From: an uncultured Gammaproteobacteria bacterium
GTDB taxonomy: Bacteria > Patescibacteriota > Patescibacteriia > Patescibacteriales > JAKAJF01
Reading direction: 5' to 3'
DNA length: 51,366 bases
Assembly (NCBI GenBank): GCA_964360445.1
Contig: CAYHWE010000003.1
Coordinates: 1-51,366, forward strand
Shown: positions 33,702 through 41,512 of the stretch, one piece after another
How the letters are laid out: each line of letters opens with the position of its first letter
Position numbering within the stretch: the stretch's first letter is position 1
Notes under the pieces: model-generated
What the model saw: the letters and a program-made list of their open reading frames with translations, nothing else
What the model was told of the DNA's origin: nothing
Databases searched by the model: none
Position numbers and translations under genes: made by a program

Positions 33702-33969
33702 CCGGTTTTTTAGACGAGGCTACTTTAAAAAAATATTTCCATCTCTCCCCTGTCTTGCATAATTCCTTCGTGTCGTTCAGGCACATCTCGACAAAGCTTT
33801 TCGGATTTTCTTTGCAAATCTTAAAAACAGAATTTCTCTTGAAATTAGGTATGCCCAGTTCCTTTATGATCCTTAAAGCCAGATCCTGCCATTCATAAGC
33901 AGGCGGTTTTTTTTGTTGCCGCGCCTTGAATAAACTAGCTAAATCTTGGAACCCGTCATTTATTTGCAT
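33682..33969 (-). CDS. Hypothetical small protein (95 aa; start uncertain, alternative ATG at 34014)
   Basis: Only the 3' third of the 223-aa ORF is free of overlap with def. The sequence is MQINDGFQDLASLFKARQQKKPPAYEWQDLALRIIKELGIPNFKRNSVFKICKENPKSFVEMCLNDTKELCKTGERWKYFFKV... Confidence 0.45.
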   Translation of the reverse strand: MQINDGFQDLASLFKARQQKKPPAYEWQDLALRIIKELGIPNFKRNSVFKICKENPKSFVEMCLNDTKELCKTGERWKYFFKVASSKKPAKDENP

Positions 33970-34042
33970 ATTCTTATTGTAATTTTTCCATAAATAGCCT
34001 AAAATGTAAACCATCACCTGGATTAACGATAACTCCAATAAT

Positions 34043-34504
34043 ATGACGAGGATATTAAAAATAACCATAAATCCGAATCCGATACTCCGGAAAGTCTCGG
34101 AAGAGATAAGTCCGGAAGAAATAGGCTCAAAAAAAATAAATGAGCTCTGTTTGAATATGGCTGAAACGATGGTTAAAAAAGACGGCGTCGGGCTTGCCGC
34201 TCCGCAGGTCGGGAAAAATATAAGAGCGGTTGTGGTCAACACCAAAGATGGGCCGGTATTCATGGTCAATCCGAAAATCAAGAATAAATCGCTGACAAAA
34301 GAATGGGGCGAAGAAGGATGCCTGTCAGTGCCGGGCGTTTTTGGCCAAGTCAAAAGGCATAAAAGCCTGATCTGTGTTTTTTATGATATCAAGGGCAAAA
34401 AGAATCAGATGAAAGCAAAAGGCCTTCTTGCTCGTGTGATCCAGCATGAAATAGATCATCTTGATGGCATCTTGTTCATCGATAAAGCGAAGGATATAAA
34501 ATAA
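34043..34504 (+). CDS. def: Peptide deformylase
   Basis: GVGLAAPQVG, EGCLSVPG and HEIDHLDG motifs are present. Confidence 0.95.
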   Translation: MTRILKITINPNPILRKVSEEISPEEIGSKKINELCLNMAETMVKKDGVGLAAPQVGKNIRAVVVNTKDGPVFMVNPKIKNKSLTKEWGEEGCLSVPGVFGQVKRHKSLICVFYDIKGKKNQMKAKGLLARVIQHEIDHLDGILFIDKAKDIK

Positions 34505-34520
34505 TGTCATTGCGATGACA
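34505..34520. repeat. Short TGTCAT-TGCG-ATGACA palindrome between def and fmt
   Basis: It has the same core as the other TGTCAT...ATGACA elements. Confidence 0.55.
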
Positions 34521-34526
34521 ATTGTT

Positions 34527-35453
34527 ATGAAAATTAAAACGATTTTTATCGGGACTCCCGATTTCGCGCTCCCCTCCTTAAAATCATTGCTTCAGGATGA
34601 TTTTTTTGATATTGTCGGAGTTATTACCCAGCCGGATAAAAAAGTAGGCAGGAAACAAATTTTAACACCTCCTCCCGTCAAAGAATTAGCTCTGAAAAAT
34701 AACATTCCTGTCTGGCAGCCGGAGTCAATTAAGAATTATCAATTACCGATTACGGATTTGGATCTGATTGTTGTTGCCGCTTATGCAAAAATTATTCCTG
34801 AATCTATTTTAAATTATCCTAAATACGGCTGTATCAATGTGCACGGGTCGCTACTTCCCAAACATAGGGGCGCTTCATGCGTGCAGGCCGCGATTTTGAA
34901 TGGCGACAAAGAAACGGGTATTACGATAATGAAAATGGATAAAGGATTAGATACTGGCCCGATAATCTATCAGGAATCGGTTGCAATCGAACCGAAGGAT
35001 ACAGCCGGTTCGCTATACTACAAATTATCAGACCTAGGCGGAAAAATACTTCCAGAGACTGTAAGGAAATATATAAACGGAGAATTGGCAGCTGTTCCGC
35101 AAGATGATGCCAATGCGAACTATGTTGGCATGCTCAAAAAAGAAGATGGCAAAATCGATTGGTCCAAAGATGCGGAATTCAATGAGAGATTTATCCGCGC
35201 AATGCAACCATGGCCAGGAGCTTTTTCTTCCGTAGACGAACTAGGCATGAAAATTACGGAAGTCGAACATAAACCAGTTAAAGCAGATAAATATCAGCAA
35301 GGTGAGTTATTTTTGTATGAAAATAAATTAGCCATCCAATGCGGCAAAGATGCTCTGCTGATCAGCAGACTTCAGCTCGAAGGCAAGAAAGAATGCGGTT
35401 CAGACGAGTTTTTGCGAGGCTATAATGGCTATATAGGAAAGATATTGAAATAA
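34527..35453 (+). CDS. fmt: Methionyl-tRNA formyltransferase
   Basis: IFIGTPDFALPSL ... INVHGSLLPKHRGASCVQAAILNGD plus the C-terminal domain. The ATG at 34527 is preferred over 34515, which lies in the palindrome. Confidence 0.9.
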   Translation: MKIKTIFIGTPDFALPSLKSLLQDDFFDIVGVITQPDKKVGRKQILTPPPVKELALKNNIPVWQPESIKNYQLPITDLDLIVVAAYAKIIPESILNYPKYGCINVHGSLLPKHRGASCVQAAILNGDKETGITIMKMDKGLDTGPIIYQESVAIEPKDTAGSLYYKLSDLGGKILPETVRKYINGELAAVPQDDANANYVGMLKKEDGKIDWSKDAEFNERFIRAMQPWPGAFSSVDELGMKITEVEHKPVKADKYQQGELFLYENKLAIQCGKDALLISRLQLEGKKECGSDEFLRGYNGYIGKILK

Positions 35454-35674
35454 TCTATAATTTTCCCTATAATACAAAAATAAAGCACCCGCATCATGCC
35501 GTTGGCAGATACGGATACTTTAATCCCCATGCCCCGACAAATTTATAGACTAGAATGGAATAATATCTATTTTTTGTCGGTGTAGCGCCATTCTATAGCA
35601 ATCACATCATAAGTCAAGGCTGAAATGGTAGATAAATTGTGATTTTGCTGTGGATTTTTTATTTCCAATAATAT

Positions 35675-35746
35675 GCCGCCATCGTCTAACGGCTAGGACG
35701 CCAGGTTCTCATCCTGGTAATCGGGGTTCGATTCCCCGTGGCGGTA
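35675..35746 (+). tRNA. tRNA-Glu (anticodon CTC), CCA not encoded
   Basis: A cloverleaf drawn by hand gives acceptor GCCGCCA/TGGCGGT (G1-U72), anticodon stem CCAGG/CCTGG with loop TTCTCAT, and T arm CGGGG-TTCGATT-CCCCG. Confidence 0.85.
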
Positions 35747-35784
35747 CATAATATGAAAAACAGACATTTTATACGTGTCTGTTT

Positions 35785-36159
35785 TTAGTTATTTGCGCTC
35801 GCCTTTCTCGCCCCTTTCTCACCTGACCCGAAATGGTGCGCGATTTCATGCTTAAGAGTATTATCAATTTTTGCCTTAACCTCCTCTTCAGTAGAGCAAT
35901 ACCTTAAAATCGCTTTTCTGAAAATCGTAATCTTATCCGGCAAAACAGCTCCAAAATTCAACCTTTTTGATTGCGCAAAGCCTTCGAATAATCCGAATAA
36001 AGAATCGCCCATATTCAATCCTAATTTACTTATCTGTTCTTCAGTCGGACAGTCTTCAACTACAATGGCAACATTATGCATCTTTTCCCTTGTTGGCTCC
36101 GGAAGGCTGGCAAAAGCCTCGTCCACGTAATCATCAAATTGTTCATTAATCATTTCCAT
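35785..36159 (-). CDS. Zincin-like metallopeptidase family protein (Zincin_1/DUF1025-like)
   Basis: NVAIVVEDCPTEEQ ... LFGLFEG ... LPDKITIFRKAI ... HEIAHHFG. Confidence 0.75.
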   Translation of the reverse strand: MEMINEQFDDYVDEAFASLPEPTREKMHNVAIVVEDCPTEEQISKLGLNMGDSLFGLFEGFAQSKRLNFGAVLPDKITIFRKAILRYCSTEEEVKAKIDNTLKHEIAHHFGSGEKGARKASANN

Positions 36160-36206
36160 AAGACTAAATTTAGCCTAATTAAATGGTTTTGGCAATAAAA
36201 TATCCT

Positions 36207-36235
36207 TTGACAGCAACCTGTTTATATATTATTAT
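36207..36235 (+). promoter_or_regulatory. Candidate promoter for tRNA-Gln
   Basis: TTGACA, a 17-nt spacer, then TATTAT, about 40 nt upstream of the tRNA. Confidence 0.5.
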
Positions 36236-36274
36236 AAAAGCATAAATAACTGCCACCTGGTAGTTTTTTATTAT

Positions 36275-36345
36275 TCGGGGATCGTCTAACGGTAGGACTC
36301 CAGGTTTTGGTCCTGGCTATTGGGGTTCGAATCCCTATCCCCGAG
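36275..36345 (+). tRNA. tRNA-Gln (anticodon TTG), CCA not encoded
   Basis: The acceptor is TCGGGGA/TCCCCGA (U1-A72, as in bacterial tRNA-Gln). The anticodon loop is TTTTGGT and the T loop is TTCGAAT. Confidence 0.85.
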
Positions 36346-36455
36346 CCGCGAAAAGCGGCTGCGCCGCCTCGCGGCAAGGCCGATTTGAGCGAGCCCCGAA
36401 GGTGAATAACCATTAACCTTGCCACATAGCATAAATACGCTTCAAAACAAAATTA

Positions 36456-36483
36456 AACCCGCGACAGGATTCCTTCGCGGGTT
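36456..36483. terminator. Bidirectional hairpin terminator
   Basis: AACCCGCGA ... TCGCGGGTT is flanked by an A-run and a T-run. It abuts the stop of the minus-strand gene at 36484. Confidence 0.6.
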
Positions 36484-36843
36484 TTATGTTTTTTTGAGTC
36501 TTTCGCAATCCCTAAGGACCTGCTCGTAAAAATTTAAAAAGGACCAGACTCCTGCCACTAATTCTTTGTTTTTTATCATAAGCAGAAATACTACGCTATC
36601 CCCTCTTTTCGGCTCCGGAAGATTATTTATGACGCTCAGTTCAAACATGGGGATATATAGTCCATCAACCATGCGGGGCCTCATTTCTCTTCCGCAATTG
36701 AAATCAAAAGGAAAAGTGTTATTGCCTCCGCCTATCAATCCATGGCAATGTCCATCTTCCTTGAGGAATATTTCCACTATACCCTCGAAAATGGTCACGA
36801 CCCGGCCTCCTTTGTTTTCATCTATATATCGATAAGCTATCAT
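36484..36843 (-). CDS. Hypothetical protein (119 aa)
   Basis: A strong SD, AAGGAGG, lies 5 nt upstream of the ATG at 36843 (the ORF track starts at a GTG at 36849). I recognise no domain. Confidence 0.55.
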   Translation of the reverse strand: MIAYRYIDENKGGRVVTIFEGIVEIFLKEDGHCHGLIGGGNNTFPFDFNCGREMRPRMVDGLYIPMFELSVINNLPEPKRGDSVVFLLMIKNKELVAGVWSFLNFYEQVLRDCERLKKT

Positions 36844-36979
36844 ACTCACCTCCTTGTATTTTTTTAACCATATTAGCAGATTTTATTATTTTTACAATAC
36901 CGCCGTGACGTACGTCCCATTATTTACAAATCCGCGAAATCATGCTACACTCTCCGCCTATTCAAACAAGCAAGCTGAT

Positions 36980-37435
36980 ATGGAAATAAAAAAAATTAAA
37001 AATCAGGCGAGGCGGATCAAGAAAAAAAATAGCCGTGTCTGGCTATTTTTTAATCCGAAAAAAATAACAGCAGCAATCACAGCGTTATTTTTCGTCGCAT
37101 ATGCAAAAGCAATATGCGCCGCCAATGCCGATCAATTACTTTGGGGCGGACGCGAGGACGAAGTCCGGATCATAACAGGTCTTGGCAGCAGGGATCCTCT
37201 ATTTATCATCGCCGGGCTGATACGAGTCATATTAAGTTTCCTCGGCATCCTGGCGCTGGCAATAATAATGCTGGCAGGATTCAAATGGATGGTTTCCGGC
37301 GGCAATGAAGAAAAATCCGATGAAGCGAGAAGGATGCTGTTCAGCGGGATAATAGGACTGATCATAATCCTGGCCTCTTTCGCTCTGGCAAGTTATCTGA
37401 TAAACAATTTGGCTGATATAATCGGTATCTTGTAA
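36980..37435 (+). CDS. TrbC/VirB2-like type IV secretion system pilin family protein
   Basis: It has a long basic signal peptide ending AICA, then two hydrophobic helices (LFIIAGLIRVILSFLGILALAIIMLAGFKWMV and LFSGIIGLIIILASFALASYLI) separated by the charged loop SGGNEEKSDEARRM. The ATG at 36980 is preferred over the TTG at 36854. Confidence 0.65.
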   Translation: MEIKKIKNQARRIKKKNSRVWLFFNPKKITAAITALFFVAYAKAICAANADQLLWGGREDEVRIITGLGSRDPLFIIAGLIRVILSFLGILALAIIMLAGFKWMVSGGNEEKSDEARRMLFSGIIGLIIILASFALASYLINNLADIIGIL

Positions 37436-37469
37436 GAAAAGCAGCCTGGTCCAGCCAAGCTGCTTTTCT
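37435..37469. terminator. Bidirectional terminator between the pilin gene and ftsX
   Basis: An 11-bp stem, AGAAAAGCAGC / GCTGCTTTTCT, with a 13-nt loop. Confidence 0.7.
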
Positions 37470-37488
37470 CTTCCTGTTTCCAATTATT

Positions 37489-38403
37489 TTAAATCTTAGA
37501 ATATTTGCCTACCGCTATCAGGCTAGCCAGTATATTTATCACTACGGCGCCAAGGAATTGGAGTCCGAAAATCTGGATAAAGTTGCTTTTGAAATAAGAT
37601 ATGATGTTGATACTGTAATCCACGAAGAAAGCCTCTATGTAAGGCTGTAAAAGGCCTAGAAACGGGTAAAATAATGCTATCACCACTAAACAGCCCAGAA
37701 GAGCGTAAATAATGCCTGAAACCAGATAAGGGGCCTTTATAAACCAATTGGAAGCCCCTACAAGCCTCATAATGCCTATTTCCTTGCGATGTGTGTAAAT
37801 TGCCACTCTGATAGAGTTGTAAACCACCAAAAGCGTGATAAAGATGAAAATTGAACTTAAGATTATGCCGACCTGGTTTATTTTATGGGAAATCGTATTT
37901 ATCTTATTCAGAAGCGATTTATGATCTTCAAAATTCCTGGATTCGATTATGTCGCTGTCTATCTTGTTCAACGACTCGATAAGGCTGTTATACTGATCCG
38001 TGTTTTTCGGCTGGATGACCAGGATCGGGGTCAATGGATTTTTTCCGAGTTCGCGCAAGCCGTCTAAAATTTCCGGATTATTCTTATGCTTGACTTTAAA
38101 ACTTTCGAGCGCCTCCGCCTTTGACACATATTTCACATCTTTAACATCTTCAAGGCCGCCCACTTTCGCTTTCAGGGCAAGTATCTGCATTTCCTCGGCA
38201 TCCGTCTTGATGAACAGATTCACGTCTATCTTATCTTTTATTGAAGTTACCGCCGCCTTGGTTATTATATTTACCGTCAGGAGCATATTTACGGTAAAAA
38301 GAGCGAGGACTATTATCATGACCGTAACCAAAGACAGCCAGATATTGCGGAAAATATCCTGGAAACTGAATTTTATGACTCTGAAGAAAGAGATAAGAAG
38401 CAT
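37489..38403 (-). CDS. ftsX: Cell division permease-like protein FtsX
   Basis: The topology is TM1, a large extracytoplasmic loop, then three C-terminal TMs. It carries the MRLVGASNWFIKAPYL motif. Confidence 0.85.
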   Translation of the reverse strand: MLLISFFRVIKFSFQDIFRNIWLSLVTVMIIVLALFTVNMLLTVNIITKAAVTSIKDKIDVNLFIKTDAEEMQILALKAKVGGLEDVKDVKYVSKAEALESFKVKHKNNPEILDGLRELGKNPLTPILVIQPKNTDQYNSLIESLNKIDSDIIESRNFEDHKSLLNKINTISHKINQVGIILSSIFIFITLLVVYNSIRVAIYTHRKEIGIMRLVGASNWFIKAPYLVSGIIYALLGCLVVIALFYPFLGLLQPYIEAFFVDYSINIISYFKSNFIQIFGLQFLGAVVINILASLIAVGKYSKI

Positions 38404-38417
38404 GGATTTTTAAAATA

Positions 38418-38473
38418 TTTTGTTTAAATTTTACAGCCAAGAACCGCAAGCTCGCTGTAAAATTTAAACAAAA
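38418..38473 (-). promoter_or_regulatory. Perfect 20-bp inverted repeat (16-nt loop) in the ftsE-ftsX spacer
   Basis: TTTTGTTTAAATTTTACAGC ... GCTGTAAAATTTAAACAAAA. On the transcribed strand it is followed by UAUUUU and then the ftsX ATG. Confidence 0.6.
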
Positions 38474-38495
38474 TGCAGTATATTTTTTAAAGATG

Positions 38496-39176
38496 TTAAA
38501 GAATATATTTTCCGACCGCCTGATCGCTGACGATCCTTCCCGCCTCAAATGTGATCACCCTTTTCTTGAGGCCGTTCACAACTTCTCGGTTATGCGTCAC
38601 CAATACTACTGTCGTTCCGAATTTATTTATTTTCAGAAGCAGATCGATGATCTCATTGGTATTTATCGAATCAAGATTTCCAGTCGGCTCATCCGCCAAT
38701 AATATTTTCGGCCTATGCACAAGACTTCTCGCTATGACAGTCCTCTGCTGTTCACCGCCGGAAACTTCCTGGGGATAACGATGCATTTTTTCTTCCAATC
38801 CGACTATTTTCATCACCTGAGGCACGATGCTTTTTATTTTTTGCGGCGCGTGTCCGCAGACCTGCAAGGCGAAAGCGACATTCTCGAACAGGGTTTTTCT
38901 CGGAAGCAATTTGAAGTCCTGGAAAACAACTCCGATCTGGCGGCGCAAAGTCGGGATTTCCGACTGCTTCAGGTCAGTGATGTCCCATCCGCCTATAATG
39001 ATCCTTCCGTCATTTATTTTTTCCTCACCGATCAGAGTCTTGACCATCGTTGTTTTTCCCGTTCCGGACTGTCCGACCACTGAAACGAACTCTCCTGGCT
39101 TAATATGGAGATTGAGCTGATTCAGTGCTTTCAGGCTCGGGTCGTATATTTTTGTTACATTTTGAAAAATTATCAT
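38496..39176 (-). CDS. ftsE: Cell division ATP-binding protein FtsE
   Basis: Walker A GQSGTGKTT, signature VSGGEQQR and Walker B ILLADEPTGNLD are present. Length is 226 aa. Confidence 0.9.
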   Translation of the reverse strand: MIIFQNVTKIYDPSLKALNQLNLHIKPGEFVSVVGQSGTGKTTMVKTLIGEEKINDGRIIIGGWDITDLKQSEIPTLRRQIGVVFQDFKLLPRKTLFENVAFALQVCGHAPQKIKSIVPQVMKIVGLEEKMHRYPQEVSGGEQQRTVIARSLVHRPKILLADEPTGNLDSINTNEIIDLLLKINKFGTTVVLVTHNREVVNGLKKRVITFEAGRIVSDQAVGKYIL

Positions 39177-39178
39177 AT

Positions 39179-40765
39179 TTATTGCGTTTCGCCGGCTGAC
39201 GAAGATTTTTTAAAACCATAGTTCAAAAGGTCTTTCGTTTCCATGATGCTGTTTGTTTTCGTGCTCTCGCCCATCGTTACGACGATTATATCTTCATTGT
39301 TCTTGTTTTTCGCCCTTGTCATCAGGCAATATCCAGCCTCATCAAGATAACCGGTCTTCGAGCCTGTTATTTTCAAAGTAAAATCATTGACCAAGCTGTT
39401 CGTATTCCTGATCCTATGCGGTTCTTTCGTATTCCTGGTCGTGAATGAATATTCGCTCATCGTGCTCGCATTCTGGATCGTCTGCTCCTTGAATACTTCT
39501 TTAGTTATTATAGCATAATCAAAGGCAGTGGTTATGTTTTCCGGAGACAGTCCTGTCGGTTCGATGAACTTTGTCGATGTCGCGCCCCAGCCTGAGACAG
39601 AATTATTCATCTGTCCTATGAATTCATCTCTTGCCAGGCCGGAAACGCGGACCAATGATTCAATCGCATTATTCGCGGAGCCGACAAGCGCGGAATAAAT
39701 CAGGTCTTCGATGCTCAACGTGTCGCCGTCATCCACTTTCAAGCGCGCCGATTCCCATTTATTATCCACATACTTATAATTATATTCCTCATCCTGCAGG
39801 CTGTAAGAAACGATCTTGCTCAAAGTCGGCTGGGTATCGAGGAATATTTTGACTGCAATCAATTTTGTCAGGCTGGCCAATGACAGCTGCGTTGTCGGAT
39901 TCTTGTCGTAAATTATTTCCCCGGTATTTTCGTTCATGACGACAGACGCTTTTCCGGAAAAATCCGGATCAGAGCCGACACCAGAAGAAGGAATCCCTGC
40001 GATCCTGCCGTTTTCGGAAATTACCGACAGCGGCTCAATCCTGACATCCGCGATTCCTGATCCAAGGGAAGCGATCTTGGCAAACGCGTTTTTTTCAAGA
40101 TCAATGACCCTGTCCGGATGGATCCTCCTATCCGGGCCATAATCATTTATGGTAACATCGACAAATTTCCCGTTATCAGCGTTATAAACGCGTATCTTCG
40201 AGCCTTTCGGAAAATCCGGCGAAGCGGCGTAATTTCCCGATTTGTACTTGTACCAACTCGCTTTTCCGACAGCAAGCGCGTTCGGATTTTCAAAAACAGC
40301 GATTCTCGCGTAAGGCAGATGAATCAGCGAGCGCACGAATTTTTTATCCGGAAAATCGGTTGTCGGCAAAGGCCGCCAGGAATTGAAGTTCTTGTCAAAA
40401 TAAAAAACCTGTTTATAATAGCCAGAGGATGTCGCATAGCTGAACTGGATATAAAAAGGCTTATGATTATCATAAGCGGCCTTGTTCCTGAATTCGAATT
40501 GATAAACATCGCTTAATTTTTCAAGCTGCCATGGCATATCCATTTTTTCATTCAATTCAACCACATCCACTCCCGTTGATTCATTCAGGATTCCCGGCAC
40601 TAACGATAATTTCAGCGAATCGTCGAAAGCGCTGACCGTATAACCCTTCGCGATCGTATTCTTATCCAGACTTATGTAATAATTCCTGTTTTCTTCTCCT
40701 TCGGCGTTAGTCGCAAAAGAAAAAAGAAGCAAGAATAGCGAACAAAATAATATTTTTTTAAACAT
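39179..40765 (-). CDS. Secreted fusion protein: unknown N-terminal domain, RlpA-like double-psi beta-barrel, and S11 D-alanyl-D-alanine carboxypeptidase
   Basis: It has a signal peptide and a DPBB block (GKASWYKYKSGNYAASPDFPKGSKIRVYNADNGKFVDVTINDYGPD). The PBP5-type motifs are SLASLTKL (SxxK), GSANNA (SxN) and GSKTGY (KTG). Confidence 0.8.
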   Translation of the reverse strand: MFKKILFCSLFLLLFSFATNAEGEENRNYYISLDKNTIAKGYTVSAFDDSLKLSLVPGILNESTGVDVVELNEKMDMPWQLEKLSDVYQFEFRNKAAYDNHKPFYIQFSYATSSGYYKQVFYFDKNFNSWRPLPTTDFPDKKFVRSLIHLPYARIAVFENPNALAVGKASWYKYKSGNYAASPDFPKGSKIRVYNADNGKFVDVTINDYGPDRRIHPDRVIDLEKNAFAKIASLGSGIADVRIEPLSVISENGRIAGIPSSGVGSDPDFSGKASVVMNENTGEIIYDKNPTTQLSLASLTKLIAVKIFLDTQPTLSKIVSYSLQDEEYNYKYVDNKWESARLKVDDGDTLSIEDLIYSALVGSANNAIESLVRVSGLARDEFIGQMNNSVSGWGATSTKFIEPTGLSPENITTAFDYAIITKEVFKEQTIQNASTMSEYSFTTRNTKEPHRIRNTNSLVNDFTLKITGSKTGYLDEAGYCLMTRAKNKNNEDIIVVTMGESTKTNSIMETKDLLNYGFKKSSSAGETQ

Positions 40766-40774
40766 CTATTTGAG

Positions 40775-40803
40775 TTGACTTCAATTTTTTAAAACAATAT
40801 AAT
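40775..40803 (+). promoter_or_regulatory. Consensus-like promoter for the tRNA-Gly/tRNA-Thr pair
   Basis: TTGACT, a 17-nt spacer, then TATAAT. Confidence 0.55.
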
Positions 40804-40863
40804 TATAACATGAATCAAAGTCAAAAGGCAAAATTATAATCTAAAATTTTAAAATCAAATTCA

Positions 40864-40934
40864 GCGGGATTAGTATAATGGCAGTACGCTTGCTTCCCAA
40901 GCAAGAAGCACGAGTTCGATTCTCGTATCCCGCT
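40864..40934 (+). tRNA. tRNA-Gly (anticodon CCC), CCA not encoded
   Basis: The acceptor is GCGGGAT/ATCCCGC, the anticodon loop is TTCCCAA, the T arm is ACGAG-TTCGATT-CTCGT, and the discriminator is T. Confidence 0.85.
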
Positions 40935-40973
40935 CAAAATAAAAAACGACCATATAGCCGTTTTTATTGCATG

Positions 40974-41044
40974 CCCTTTTAGTTCAGTGGCAGAACAACG
41001 GTATCGTAAACCGTGAACGTCAGTCCGATTCTGACAAAGGGCTC
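40974..41044 (+). tRNA. tRNA-Thr (anticodon CGT), CCA not encoded, atypical T loop
   Basis: The acceptor is GCCCTTT/AAAGGGC and the anticodon loop is ATCGTAA. The T arm is GTCAG-TCCGATT-CTGAC, with C where U55 is expected. Confidence 0.75.
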
Positions 41045-41047
41045 AGA

Positions 41048-41497
41048 CTATGATTCCTGATTATTCTTCTTCTCGAAAAAATAATAATACCATCTGCCGG
41101 GATTATTATTTTTTTTGTCTGAAAAATCTTTCAAGCCGGGAATGTTGAACAGGACATCGTCCGACTTTGTCGGCTCCCCTTTTTTGATCTCAGAATTATT
41201 TTTTATGACCGCCACTTCTTCCCCGTCTTTCTTCAGCCCGAAATTAAGGCGGGCCTGCTCTTCCAGGAATTGGTCCGACTCCAGATAGTCCAGCATTTTC
41301 TTCAGATCGCTGTTTTTTCCTTCTATTTTTTTTATATCGCCTTCAATCTCCCTTATCTCATTTTCAATCGTCTTCCTTTGCTTGTAATTCTTGCTTAATG
41401 GGACGGCGATCAGGATCAGGATAATGACGCTGAGCGCGGCAACGATCCTTTGGTTCGCGAAAATATTTTTTTTATATTTTTTTTCTCTGGGCAGCAT
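41048..41497 (-). CDS. Septum formation initiator family protein (FtsB/DivIC-like)
   Basis: It has a single TM (IVAALSVIILILIAVPL), a coiled coil, and the DQFLEEQARLNFGLKKDGEEV motif. Confidence 0.7.
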   Translation of the reverse strand: MLPREKKYKKNIFANQRIVAALSVIILILIAVPLSKNYKQRKTIENEIREIEGDIKKIEGKNSDLKKMLDYLESDQFLEEQARLNFGLKKDGEEVAVIKNNSEIKKGEPTKSDDVLFNIPGLKDFSDKKNNNPGRWYYYFFEKKNNQES

Positions 41498-41512
41498 AAG
41501 ATTATTATAGCG

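Noticed and set aside
33970-34353. The N-terminal two thirds of the 223-aa minus-strand ORF 33682-34353.
   Set aside because: It overlaps the well-supported def gene (34043-34504) on the opposite strand, and the sequence there is low-complexity and hydrophobic. Only the 3' part (33682-33969) is kept, as a low-confidence gene.
35645-35674. A TTGCTG-17-ATAATA promoter-like pair just upstream of tRNA-Glu.
   Set aside because: The -10 element ends 1-2 nt before the mature tRNA 5' end. That leaves no room for a normal start site and RNase P leader, so it is probably a chance match in AT-rich sequence.
36222-36425. A 67-aa minus-strand ORF.
   Set aside because: It is antisense to tRNA-Gln and its GC-rich trailer. 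The Arg/Gly/Pro-rich translation is a reading artefact of the structured RNA.
37885-39120. Several plus-strand ORFs (38000-38413, 38551-38778, 38715-39083, 38827-39120).
   Set aside because: All are antisense to the motif-complete ftsX and ftsE genes.
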